Shown here piece after piece: positions 29,905 to 39,448 of a DNA stretch of 64,000 nt. Source of the stretch: Myxococcota bacterium (GTDB taxonomy: Bacteria > Myxococcota_A > UBA796 > GCA-2862545); the NCBI GenBank assembly GCA_039208735.1, contig JBCCQY010000003.1, forward strand, positions 1-64,000, given 5' to 3'. The notes under the pieces are model-generated. The model was not told the DNA's origin and searched no databases. It was given only the letters and a program-made list of their open reading frames with translations. Both the position numbers and the translations under genes were made by a program. Each line of letters starts with the position of its first letter. Position 1 is the first letter of the stretch.

Positions 29905-30480
29905 TTACTTGCGTGCCGTGGTGGCCCAGACGTTGAGGCTCGTGCCGCCGTCCAGGTAGCCATCGACCGGCCCCTCGAGGACGAGGGCGGTCACGTTGGT
30001 GCCCGCGAAACTGTCACGGGTGGAATCAAACGACAGCGTGGCCGTGGTGAGGGTGTCGGTGTAGCCTGCGAGATCGAAGAAGAAGGGGTCGTCGCGGAGG
30101 CCCGCGTACAGCTGGTAGCCTTCCGCCTCAAGGGTGGTGTTCACGGCGCCGGACAACGGACCCGCAGCTCCGGGAAGACCTTCGGCCTGCACGCCCCACT
30201 CGCCGGCTCCGTTTTGACCGAAGCGAACGAGCACGTCGATGTCGCTTACGTTGTCGCCATCGTTGTCGATGTGGACGGTGTAGAGGACGTCCGCATCGTA
30301 GGTGGCGGCTCCGCCCGCGGGAGTGAGGCCGGCAAAGGTGATGATGGTGGTCAGGCGTCCGCCATCGGCCCATGCGTAGAAGTCGGCGATGTCAGCGGCG
30401 GCGTCGGCCGCTGCGCCCGGTGCCTCGGCGTGGTCCGCCGCAAGTGCACTCGCGGCGAGCGCCAAAGTGGTCAGTGTCAT
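29905..30480 (-). CDS. DUF4331 family protein
   Basis: AADH.EAP......DI.D.YAW, AG.RDDPFFFDL, D.FAG.NV; GAGGAG RBS. Confidence 0.85.
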   Translation of the reverse strand: MTLTTLALAASALAADHAEAPGAAADAAADIADFYAWADGGRLTTIITFAGLTPAGGAATYDADVLYTVHIDNDGDNVSDIDVLVRFGQNGAGEWGVQAEGLPGAAGPLSGAVNTTLEAEGYQLYAGLRDDPFFFDLAGYTDTLTTATLSFDSTRDSFAGTNVTALVLEGPVDGYLDGGTSLNVWATTARK

Positions 30481-30518
30481 GAATCGATCTCCTCGACCCG
30501 TTGGGGGGTCGAGCGGAG

Positions 30519-30544
30519 ATACGGGCCTGCTTCGCGGTGGATCA
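30519..30544 (-). promoter_or_regulatory. Putative RpoE (ECF11-type) promoter for the DUF4331 operon
   Basis: Minus strand reads TGATCC-N15-CGTAT, ~40 nt upstream of ATG 30480. Confidence 0.65.
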
Positions 30545-30569
30545 CTGAGTCCACGCATTTTCTTTTTTG

Positions 30570-30596
30570 TGATCCAAATCGTCGAATGTGCCGTAT
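30570..30596 (+). promoter_or_regulatory. Putative autoregulatory RpoE (ECF11-type) promoter
   Basis: TGATCC-N16-CGTAT directly upstream of rpoE-chrR. Confidence 0.75.
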
Positions 30597-30643
30597 TCCC
30601 GTCGGGAGGACCCCTCCGGGGTTCGGCAACCGTCGAGGCGCTC

Positions 30644-31201
30644 CTGACCACACACGCACTGACAACAAACGACCTTGTCGCCCGCATCGCCAATGCCAAG
30701 GATCGCGAGGCGTTCGCGGAGCTGTTCGACCGGTTTGCCCCTCGAATCACCGGGTTCTTCCGACACGGAGGCCTCGATGGACCCATCCGTGATGAACTCG
30801 TTCAGGAGGTCATGCTTCGGGTGTGGCACCGCGCCGATCAGTTCGATGCCCAGCGTGCTTCGGTCGAAAGCTGGATCTTCGCGATTGCCCGAAACGCCCG
30901 GATCGATCACTTGCGGAGGCCCGGGACCCGCGCCCGGGTCGAACCGCTGGACCCTGCGTTCGTCGACGAACGGTCACCGCAGGCTGAAGACGAGGTGGCG
31001 CGGCTTCGACAAGCCCGTCATGTCCGAGATGCCCTGGATTCTCTTCCCCATGAGCAATCCGAAATCCTCTACGCCGCGTACTACCAACACAAAACCTTGA
31101 ACACCATCGCGTCCGAGGCTGGTTTGGCCCTTGGAACCGTCAAGAGCCGGGTTCGGCTCGCCATGAAGAAGCTTCGGCAGACCTTGGGAGAGCGCACGTG
31201 A
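30644..31201 (+). CDS. rpoE: ECF sigma factor, RpoE/ChrR-associated group (start uncertain)
   Basis: D.EAF.ELF..FAPR, ELVQEVML.VW..A..FD, WIF.IARN.RID.LR, LP.EQ, LGTVKSR.RLA; GTGA overlap with chrR. Confidence 0.88.
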   Translation: MTTHALTTNDLVARIANAKDREAFAELFDRFAPRITGFFRHGGLDGPIRDELVQEVMLRVWHRADQFDAQRASVESWIFAIARNARIDHLRRPGTRARVEPLDPAFVDERSPQAEDEVARLRQARHVRDALDSLPHEQSEILYAAYYQHKTLNTIASEAGLALGTVKSRVRLAMKKLRQTLGERT

Positions 31202-31845
31202 TCCAGCACCACTTGCCGGACGACTGGCTCGTGAGCTACGCGGCAGGCACCGAGACGCCCGCTGAGGGTTTGCTGATCGCGAGCCACCTCACGGTGTGTC
31301 CCCTCTGTCGGCGCCGCCTTGCGGAAGCCGAGGCCATCGGTGGTGGTTTGCTCACCGAGGGCCCGACGGCACCGGTCACCCCCAATCTTCGGGACGCGAC
31401 CCTCGCCTTACTGGACGCGCCTCGCCCCGCTTCGCCACCCGCCCTCGTCGATCCCCAAGGCGTCCTTCCGGGACCGCTGGCCGCGGTGGTGGGGGCGTTT
31501 GACGAGCTGCCGTGGCAGTGGGCGTTTCCCGGGGTCGAGCAGATCCTGCTCGATGTGCCACATCGGGCCAAGGGGCCTCCCGCGCGCCTGTTTCGGATCG
31601 CGGCGGGCGGCTTCATTCCGCCACACGAACACCGAGGTACCGAGGCATCCCTCGTGCTGACCGGAGGCTTCACCGATCCTGAGGGGCATTTTGCGAGGGG
31701 CGACGTCTGCATTCGCGAGGCGGGAAGCACCCATGGCCAAGACATGGACGAAGAGGAACCATGCGTAGTGCTTGTGGTCGCGGATCGGCCGTTTCGAGGA
31801 CGATCTCTCTTCGGTCTTATCGCCCAGCTCACACGCGGTTTTTAG
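31198..31845 (+). CDS. chrR: ChrR family anti-sigma factor (ZAS plus cupin)
   Basis: HH....L..YAAG, HLTVCPLC zinc motif, P.H.H.G.E..LVL.G.F.D cupin. Confidence 0.9.
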   Translation: MIQHHLPDDWLVSYAAGTETPAEGLLIASHLTVCPLCRRRLAEAEAIGGGLLTEGPTAPVTPNLRDATLALLDAPRPASPPALVDPQGVLPGPLAAVVGAFDELPWQWAFPGVEQILLDVPHRAKGPPARLFRIAAGGFIPPHEHRGTEASLVLTGGFTDPEGHFARGDVCIREAGSTHGQDMDEEEPCVVLVVADRPFRGRSLFGLIAQLTRGF

Positions 31846-31932
31846 GGGCTTGCCCTGCGGCTCCAAACCGCGTACCTTTGCCGCGCAGCCAGCTTAGGCA
31901 CCGTGGCGTGCCTGTCGTCGTGAGGAGTACTC

Positions 31933-33375
31933 GTGTCCGGACAGGCCCAGCAGCGTGCGACCCAAACCTCGACCAATTCCGATCCTGGCGTTTGCCTGAT
32001 GCCCACCTCGGTGCGTGGACCAGAGTTCGAGCTACCGCCCATGAGCATGGAGACGCCCACCCTCGATGCGGCGGCCCAGCAGCAAGAGCCGGCTCCCTTG
32101 GTCGATGTCAATGTCACGAACGCCAAAGACGGGCCGAGCTTCATCGACAACCTCGGCAACACGGTTTCCGAGCAGCTGCGCAACCACAGCGACCGCATTC
32201 AGCTCCATGCCATGGTGAACTTTCCCGCCAACGGGGCCCTCGAATGGGGCTTTGGGGTCAAAGGGTTCATCGGCATCGACAACCAAGACCGCATCGAGGC
32301 CTCGCTGTCGGTGCCGTTGCAGGGCACGTTGTCGTTGAGGCTCGGCATCCTCTCGGGCTACTTCCAGTTCCAAACTCGCCCGTTCATCGATGTGCGAGCA
32401 GAGTCGGCGCACGAGCTGTTTGATCTCGTTTGGTACGCCCTGTACGACATTGTCGACGCCATTCCCTCGAGCAGCTGGTGGATCGACCACTTGTTCGACC
32501 CCAACCAGGTCGATGCGGTGGTGCAAGACTGGGAAGAAGGGGAGTACGTCGCTTACGGAATGGCGGGTTCCCTCGCCGCGGGGGCACACGCTTACAAGCA
32601 GCGCGGTGGCGATGTGCCGCTCACGAGTGGGATGACCCTCGACGGGCGGGTGGAAGGCACCTTGATGCGGCGCCTCGAGGGGCAAGGCGGCGGTCAGGCG
32701 CCCGAGGCCACCAACTACGGCCAATTCACCGCATTGGGCCAAATGCGACCCGGCGAGGCGGGCAAACGTGCGCTTGGGGCGGTTACAGGCGGTCGATTGG
32801 GTGTAGATCGCCTCGACGTTGAGTACGACGCGACGACACCCCTCGACGGACAAGGCCCGACGATCCAGGCCAATCGCTACACGGTGCGGCTCAAGGTCAA
32901 TCCCGAGCGACGCGGCCTTGAGACCCCCAACTACGAGAACCTCAACGCGCTCCTCAGGCCCGCTTTGGGCCTCGATGTCATCCTGCAGCTCTTCGATGAG
33001 AATTCGGCGGTGCGCCATCTCTTCCGCGGGGAAGAGTCTCGCGTGGAAGCCGCGCTAGATGCGGCGACCTCGAACACCGCGACGGTTCTGCTGGCCCGGC
33101 TCATCGCGCCGCTCGACAAGATGCCCAGGACGCACCGTCCCGGGGGGCAAATCTTCGAGGCCGCGCTCTATCCGACCATCAGCGTGTACGACGTGCGTGA
33201 AGTGCGGAACGGCCAGACGACGAAACGGGATGTACGGTTCCGCGTTGAACTCGTGGTGGACTTCAAGCACACCTTCCAGGACAGCCTGCGCAATGGACGC
33301 CCCGACCCGCAGGACCGTACCTACCTCAACCTGATGACGTTCAATCGCCTCGTCGACATCTCCTGGACGCTCTGA
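31933..33375 (+). CDS. Hypothetical protein
   Basis: 480-codon ORF, GAGGAG RBS, GC3-rich codons; no family recognised. Confidence 0.7.
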   Translation: MSGQAQQRATQTSTNSDPGVCLMPTSVRGPEFELPPMSMETPTLDAAAQQQEPAPLVDVNVTNAKDGPSFIDNLGNTVSEQLRNHSDRIQLHAMVNFPANGALEWGFGVKGFIGIDNQDRIEASLSVPLQGTLSLRLGILSGYFQFQTRPFIDVRAESAHELFDLVWYALYDIVDAIPSSSWWIDHLFDPNQVDAVVQDWEEGEYVAYGMAGSLAAGAHAYKQRGGDVPLTSGMTLDGRVEGTLMRRLEGQGGGQAPEATNYGQFTALGQMRPGEAGKRALGAVTGGRLGVDRLDVEYDATTPLDGQGPTIQANRYTVRLKVNPERRGLETPNYENLNALLRPALGLDVILQLFDENSAVRHLFRGEESRVEAALDAATSNTATVLLARLIAPLDKMPRTHRPGGQIFEAALYPTISVYDVREVRNGQTTKRDVRFRVELVVDFKHTFQDSLRNGRPDPQDRTYLNLMTFNRLVDISWTL

Positions 33376-33379
33376 GCCG

Positions 33380-34459
33380 TCAGTCCGCGCCAAACCAGCG
33401 AGCATGGATTTGCGCGATGGTGCCGTCTTCGCGGAGCTTGAGCAGGGCCCGGTTCACCGGCTCGACGAGCGGGCTGTTCTCGGGGAACGCGATGGCGTAC
33501 TTCTCGGGCTTCAGCATCTCGCCCACCACGCGCACCTGCTTTCGGCCCTTGGTGGCGGCAAAGTAATCGAGGATCGGCGCGTCGTGTACGACAGCGTCGA
33601 GGTCTTTGTCGGTTAGCGCCTGGAACAGCGCGTCGGTGTCGGGGTACTCGATGCGGCCGACGGACCGTTGGTCGAGGAACTCCGCCGCGGTTGAGCCGGC
33701 TGTCGTCCCAACCCGCTTCCCGTACAGGTCGTTGACCCCAGAGATGTTGGATTGCAGCTCCGCGACCGTCAACGTGGCGGTGATTTGGGCCACGAAGGCC
33801 GAAACGATGAACAATGACCCCACCACCAGGAGCACCGCGAACAGGCGACCGAGTACCGTCTGGGGCATGCGCTCTTCGAAACCTCCGTTCACGATGAGGT
33901 TTAAGGCCCACCAAAAGCCCCGGAACGCCCCTTCGCCGTAGTCGGTCTGGAAGTACTCTTGCTCACGGCGTTCGAGCAGCCACATCACGTTGCCGATGAC
34001 AAACAGCAGCACGGTGGCCGCCGCGACCAGCCCCAGCATCTGCCAGGTGAAGATGGCACCCAGAATTGAGGTGGAACCACCATCCGCAGAAATCATGACC
34101 CGAAGGCCCGCATCGAACATGGGCTGGGAGAAGTCGAGTACCTCTTCGCGCTTTGACGAGACCGTGATGTTGGCGATGCCTGCGTCCACTCGGCCTTCGC
34201 GGACCTGGTCGAGCAGCGCAGGAATGGTCCGTGCTTCGATGAACTCGGTCTCGCGGCCCAGCGCATTCGCGACCTCTCGCCACAGATCGATGGAAAACCC
34301 ATTGAACTCCTCACCGTTCTTCATCGCGAACGGAGGGCGTTCGAGGGTCGCCACACGAAGTGGGCCTCCTTCGGTCTCGGGTTCCTGTGCTTGAGCGACG
34401 CTGCCGAACAGGGCGGCGCAGACCATTCCGATCCAGACGACAACGAGCCAACGACGCAC
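33380..34459 (-). CDS. Substrate-binding domain plus 2TM pore fusion (prokaryotic glutamate receptor GluR0-like channel)
   Basis: PPF, GFSIDLW, IT....RE...DFS.P, TM1, FWWA pore helix, P.T..GR, TM2, second lobe DAVVHDAP.L.Y. Confidence 0.85.
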   Translation of the reverse strand: MRRWLVVVWIGMVCAALFGSVAQAQEPETEGGPLRVATLERPPFAMKNGEEFNGFSIDLWREVANALGRETEFIEARTIPALLDQVREGRVDAGIANITVSSKREEVLDFSQPMFDAGLRVMISADGGSTSILGAIFTWQMLGLVAAATVLLFVIGNVMWLLERREQEYFQTDYGEGAFRGFWWALNLIVNGGFEERMPQTVLGRLFAVLLVVGSLFIVSAFVAQITATLTVAELQSNISGVNDLYGKRVGTTAGSTAAEFLDQRSVGRIEYPDTDALFQALTDKDLDAVVHDAPILDYFAATKGRKQVRVVGEMLKPEKYAIAFPENSPLVEPVNRALLKLREDGTIAQIHARWFGAD

Positions 34460-34572
34460 TCAGACCTCCGAGACGCCCCGCTTACTCCGATTCGGCTGCA
34501 CGGGCTCTTGCAATGAAGCCCTGGGTGAAACATCTGGACTGTCCAGCCCCATCGTTGACCCGAGTGGCGGGA

Positions 34573-35063
34573 ATGCGACGAGGCCCAGCTTGTTGAGTTG
34601 CTTTAGCCCTAGGAGTCGCCAGGTTCTCCGCGCTGCCCGACCGCGTGTTCGTGTCCCACAGTTACCAAGACGCAGCCGTGGTCGAGGCCCTGGTGGCCCG
34701 GTGGCCGGATCTTGGGATGAGGGCCTTGTACCTCACGGGTGGCGCTTCCCAGGCCTCCTTCTGGACGTCGTTCGAGCGGGATTACGCGGCGCGCGCGGGG
34801 CTTCCGGTGTTTCGCTGGGACCCCGCCGCCGAACACCTCACCCCCGACGAAGCACCGCCCCTCAACCTGGACGTTCAGGTGGTGTTTCATTCGCGCGACC
34901 GCGACCGCACCACCGAGCTGACCCGCTTCATGGAAAAGGAACGCCACGTTGTGCTCGATCCGACGGTGAGCTACACCTCGTTTGGTGGGATCAAGGGCGG
35001 TCCGGCCTATGAGATCGAGCAGATGCTGATTCGCGGGGGCGCTTTACTGTGGCTCGGCTCCTC
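34573..35063 (+). pseudogene. Decayed TIR-like domain gene
   Basis: VFVSHSYQD and a second VVFHSRD motif; in-frame TGA at 34594; coding signal breaks at the transposase remnant. Confidence 0.4.
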
Positions 35064-35252
35064 AGATGGGCTGCCGCGATGTACGCGGACGGTCGCGCGC
35101 GAGGTCAGAACGTGGCCACAGTGTATCGCCGCATCACACGGAGCTTGTTGCGCATCCTGACCTCGATGTTCCGAACCGGAACCCCCTACGATGATGGCAG
35201 GTACACGGCTGCGCTCAAGGCCAACGGCGTTTCGTGGGCCATGGGTCTTTGA
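35064..35252 (+). mobile_element. C-terminal remnant of an IS110-family transposase
   Basis: WAAAMYADGRARGQNVATVYRRITRSLLRILTSMFRTGTPYD resembles IS110 C-termini; no N-terminal part. Confidence 0.6.
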
Positions 35253-35453
35253 CCTGATCGTTGTGGCGTCGTAGCAGAGCTGGTAGGAAAGGTCGTCTCG
35301 GGCCGTTGAGTCGCGGAAGCAGGGACGCTTGCCTCCGCGGTGAGCCCTCTCTTCATTCGGACCACGAAGAACTCTTGGCGAAGCTCCTAGTGGCCGCCTT
35401 GATACCAGAAGCGGCCGCACACGGCCCGACCAAGCTGACCCTCCTTCTAACCT

Positions 35454-38400
35454 TTATGGACAAAACCAGCTTCCGACGCAATCCGAGTCGTCGCAGTCGA
35501 TATCGCCATCGCCATCCTCGTCTTGACCGCCCGTACAGGAGTACTCGAAGCACACGTTGCGTCCAAAGCGCCCGAGCGGGCCACAGGCGGGGTCATCGCA
35601 ATCGACACTGCCATCGTTGTCGTTGTCGATACCGTCTTCACAATACTCGCAAGGGCAGTTGATGCAATTTTCGGCCTCGAGGTAGCAGTCGGAGTCGTCA
35701 CAGTCGACGTACCCGTCACTATCGTCGCTCCAGCCATTGATGCACTCGGCACCGGTCTCCAGGCACTCGTCCGCAAGATCGCAGTCGGTGTCCAAGCAGT
35801 CCACTTGGCCATCGTCGTCGAGGTCTCGAAAGTCGCCGCAGTCGGACTCGGCAGCTTCGAGGAGCGCAATGTTGAGCTGAAACGGTCCCTCGTCTTGAGG
35901 AACTCGGCTCGCATCGACAACCAGGGTGACAAGCTCACCGGCGGTGACCGACCGCGTGAGCTGGGCACCATTGTTGCCGTGGAGGTCGCATTGAAGCTCG
36001 GTGCCGCCGAGTTCGTCGAAAGTGCACAGCGCGGGCCGCCGGAATGGCTGTGGGAACTCGACGAGATCAAAGACCAGCGTGCCCGTGATCGGCGAGACGA
36101 AGGCGATCGCCGCATCTTTGCCTTGCCCGCTCGCACAAGAGCAGCTCCAATCATCGCCGAGCGTAGCGAGCGTGGCGTCCACCACTGCCGTGCCTAGTTC
36201 GTCTACCTCGAAGTCGTAGAGGTCACAGGTTCCGATGCCGAGGCAAGATGGATCGTGGCAGTCGATGCGACCATCCAGGTTGTCGTCCACGCCATTGCTG
36301 CAGTTCTCCACGCAAGTCGGTTCGGAGAAACAATCGTCGTCGTAGCAGTCGATCGAACCGTCCGCATCGTTGTCGATGGCATCGCCGCAGTGCTCGATGC
36401 ACTCGGGTTCGCCCTTACAGTCCTTGTCGACACAGTCGATGCGGAAGTCCAGGTCATCGTCGAGGCCATCGTCACAGATGTATTCGAAGCAGGCCGGATC
36501 GGCTGCGCAATCGCTGTCGAAGCAGTCGCGGTCGCCGTCGAAATCGAGGTCTCGCCCATCGTGGCAATCCTGTTCTGTGACCTGGAGTTCTGCGACATTG
36601 AGCGTGAACGCGCGACCCTCGGCGGTGGAGGTATGGTCGTCGATGACGAGCGTCGCGGTTTGGCCGGCCAACATCGCGACCAGGACGTGGGATGGGTCGT
36701 AGGACCATCCCATATCACAGGCGAGTTCATTGCCTCCGCACGTGTTGAGGACCGAGAGCATGGCATTGGTGGGCGTACCCACTAGATCGAAGACGTACGC
36801 GCCATCGCGAGGCGCCGTGAACTCGACGGTCCGATCCGCACCACCGACGTAGAACGCACAGGAACTCTGGGCGTCGTCCGACGCACCGGTCAGATCACCG
36901 GTGACGGTGCCCACGTCATTCATCGTGGCCTCTGGGCAGGTTGCCCCGCAAAGCGGTGACGTCAGGCCACAGATCGGATCTGCACAGTCGATCTTGCCCG
37001 TGCTGTTATTGTCGATTCCGTCATCGCAATCCTCGTCACAGCTGGGAAGCAACCAACAGTCCGCGTCTCGACAGTCCGCGTCACCGTCGGCATCTTCGTC
37101 ACGTCCGTCCCCACAGTCGATCTCGTACTGGGGGACCCCGGAGAGTACAACGGTGGTGAGCGTCTCCCGAACCAGTCCCGCGGGCACGGCCACGGGGGGC
37201 GGCGGCGGACCCAAGAGAGGTTCACCGCTCGTGAGTACGGCGCCCGGGAGGGCCTCGGCGCGGAGAGTAAAACGATAGACTCCGCTGTGGCCGTAATGGT
37301 TGAAGGTCGCCGAATATAGTCCGTCGTTTGCAACGCCGTCCTCGTTCTGGCCATCATCGTATAAATCGATGGCGATGATGGAGCCGTCGGGCCGGTGGAC
37401 CTCTCCTGCGACCAGTGCACCCGCGACGGGCCGTCCATCGTACTGGAGGACGGCCTGGACGATGGCTGAATCAGGCCACTCGATTTCATCGTCGAGGACG
37501 ACGCCGGTGAGCGAGACGCCGGGGTGAGCAAACACCGGCGCCAGCCTGGCGTTCCCGTCGACGATGGTCGTCCCGTAGAGATCGACTTCCCACGTGCCCG
37601 TCTCCGGCATGAGGACGGTGAAGTAGGCGTGGCCATTGCCGTCCTCCTCGTACACGAGATCTGGGTCGGTTGCAGCATCCAGCGGGGTCAGGGTCACACC
37701 GGATGGCGTGAGCAGAGACATCTCCACGTCATCTTGTGGGTCGGTTTCCAGTACGAAGCTGACACTCTCGACCCCGGGCTCTACAAACGCGGCCTCGGTG
37801 GTGGTGGCCGACGGTCCGATCGGGGCGTAGAGCGACTCGCCAGAGTCTCGTCCGACGGTGGGGTTCAGCATGTTAAGGACGGAGTCGAAGACTTCGCTTT
37901 GGGTCTTGACGTTCGCGAACTGTCCTCCCGTCTTCTTCGCCAGCTTTTGAAGCCGCGTCGTCCTCACCGCGTCGAGCTTCCCAATGCCCACGACCCACGC
38001 AGCGACGCCTGTATTCCGGAACGCCGTGATCGCATCATCAACGTCGTTACACCCCGGGTTTGCTTCGCAACAGTGGTCGTGGCCGCTCGCAAGTACGATG
38101 ACGACGGAATGGCAGCTCGCCCCGGTCTGTGACTGGACGACCGATAGGCCGTGAAGCAATCCCTCACCAAGTGGAGGACCGAACTCGACATCCTCGTTGG
38201 TCGCGCTGATGGTCGACACGGCGGTGTTCAGCGTTACACGGTTGGCGTCGAGATCCTGCAGCCCGGCGTGCGTCTGGGCCGTGCAGTCGAACGACGAGAC
38301 ACCCAGCTGAATGGGCTCGGGCTGCACCATGTCGTGTTGGACGAGTTGGCTTGCGATCTCCTTCGCCAGGTCGAGCCGGCCGCCCTGCATCCGACGAGAC

Positions 38401-39224
38401 CGGTCGAGCACCAACGCGATCCGCATCGCCCCACTACTCACGACTTGAAAGTTGACTGGAGCCACGGTGGGGGGGCTGCTCTGCGGAGCCCCGCTCGGCG
38501 GGGTGGCCTTTCGCCTGGGGTGGGTCGCAATGGTCTCCCAGCACGACTTTCCGTGTTTCTTTTGTTGGGCCGTGTCGCCGTCGGGATCGTGGTTGGCCGA
38601 CGTACAGAATTCATTGAGGGTGAAGCCGGCCCCTGTCGCCTTGCCTCCTCTCCTCTGGTAGTCATCCATCAAGCAAAAATCGAGTGTGGGTGCATCCTGG
38701 TAGTTTCCGTTGCTGTCACGAGTCGCCGGCGCGCACTCGACTCCTGCCGCCACATCGTCCGCGTACTCATCGTAAAGGCCGAGCGCGAAGTGGCCCCACT
38801 CATGGGCGATCGTATACCCAGCTTCCTCCACGGTCAGGAACTCTTCCGGCCAATAGAGTTTGACGGCGTGTTTGTAGACGCCGTACATGTCCGGCGAGGC
38901 GTGTCCTCTATCTAATTTATTGAGGATCGTTGTGTCCGCCGCACGCAGAAATTTCGCGTTTTTGACGATGGTGACTTTCCCGAAACGCTGTTGCCCATCA
39001 GTTGCGTCGGCGAACACCTCGTTTCCCCTCTCGATAGAGGCCTTGATCTTGTCAACCTCGGCCGTTGAGGCGTTCCAGTCCAGGTTCACACAAAAGTCGT
39101 AGGTACCCCCTTGCTCGTTGAATACTCCCGTTCCGGCATGGACTTCCGATATCGAAATCAGCACTCCGAGGAGTGCCGCGAGCCATCGCATGCCGGCAAA
39201 CCTAAGGCTTTGTTTCAGTCGCAT
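35454..39224 (-). CDS. Secreted CLCA-like zinc metalloprotease with vWA, choice-of-anchor X, PPC-like domains and Cys/Asp-rich repeats
   Basis: AHEWGHF.LGLYDEY, EFC....HD, SCWETI, LVLDRS, LYDDG..EDG.ANDG.YS, ten E.C.DG.D.D.DG..DC.D.DC repeats; AAGGAG RBS. Confidence 0.8.
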   Translation of the reverse strand: MRLKQSLRFAGMRWLAALLGVLISISEVHAGTGVFNEQGGTYDFCVNLDWNASTAEVDKIKASIERGNEVFADATDGQQRFGKVTIVKNAKFLRAADTTILNKLDRGHASPDMYGVYKHAVKLYWPEEFLTVEEAGYTIAHEWGHFALGLYDEYADDVAAGVECAPATRDSNGNYQDAPTLDFCLMDDYQRRGGKATGAGFTLNEFCTSANHDPDGDTAQQKKHGKSCWETIATHPRRKATPPSGAPQSSPPTVAPVNFQVVSSGAMRIALVLDRSRRMQGGRLDLAKEIASQLVQHDMVQPEPIQLGVSSFDCTAQTHAGLQDLDANRVTLNTAVSTISATNEDVEFGPPLGEGLLHGLSVVQSQTGASCHSVVIVLASGHDHCCEANPGCNDVDDAITAFRNTGVAAWVVGIGKLDAVRTTRLQKLAKKTGGQFANVKTQSEVFDSVLNMLNPTVGRDSGESLYAPIGPSATTTEAAFVEPGVESVSFVLETDPQDDVEMSLLTPSGVTLTPLDAATDPDLVYEEDGNGHAYFTVLMPETGTWEVDLYGTTIVDGNARLAPVFAHPGVSLTGVVLDDEIEWPDSAIVQAVLQYDGRPVAGALVAGEVHRPDGSIIAIDLYDDGQNEDGVANDGLYSATFNHYGHSGVYRFTLRAEALPGAVLTSGEPLLGPPPPPVAVPAGLVRETLTTVVLSGVPQYEIDCGDGRDEDADGDADCRDADCWLLPSCDEDCDDGIDNNSTGKIDCADPICGLTSPLCGATCPEATMNDVGTVTGDLTGASDDAQSSCAFYVGGADRTVEFTAPRDGAYVFDLVGTPTNAMLSVLNTCGGNELACDMGWSYDPSHVLVAMLAGQTATLVIDDHTSTAEGRAFTLNVAELQVTEQDCHDGRDLDFDGDRDCFDSDCAADPACFEYICDDGLDDDLDFRIDCVDKDCKGEPECIEHCGDAIDNDADGSIDCYDDDCFSEPTCVENCSNGVDDNLDGRIDCHDPSCLGIGTCDLYDFEVDELGTAVVDATLATLGDDWSCSCASGQGKDAAIAFVSPITGTLVFDLVEFPQPFRRPALCTFDELGGTELQCDLHGNNGAQLTRSVTAGELVTLVVDASRVPQDEGPFQLNIALLEAAESDCGDFRDLDDDGQVDCLDTDCDLADECLETGAECINGWSDDSDGYVDCDDSDCYLEAENCINCPCEYCEDGIDNDNDGSVDCDDPACGPLGRFGRNVCFEYSCTGGQDEDGDGDIDCDDSDCVGSWFCP

Positions 39225-39250
39225 ATTGCTCCTTTAGCCAATATGCACTA

Positions 39251-39448
39251 GCATAAAGCCGATTATTTCATCATAGATCAAGCTGAATTTAACTTGATGA
39301 CACACTGTTCTTTAGTGGAGTTGAATTGGAGCGGTCAGGTCGGCTGACGCGAATTTCGGGGTAAGGAATCGAAGGTTCGGAACGCGGAGGTGTCCGGTTG
39401 GGTCTAGTCTTTCTTTTCCTCGGGACCTTGTCGTGCTCAAACCATCGG
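39251..39448 (+). repeat. Diverged ~200-bp direct repeat, copy 1
   Basis: Shares CACACTGTTCT, AGCGGTCAGGT, AATTTCGGGGTAAGGAATCGAAGG, TTTCTTTTCCTCGGG and CCTTGTCGTGCTC with copy 2. Confidence 0.9.

Noticed and set aside
34591..34596. Selenocysteine recoding at TGT-TGA
   Set aside because: No selenoprotein family context and no evident SECIS; a nonsense mutation in a decayed gene is simpler
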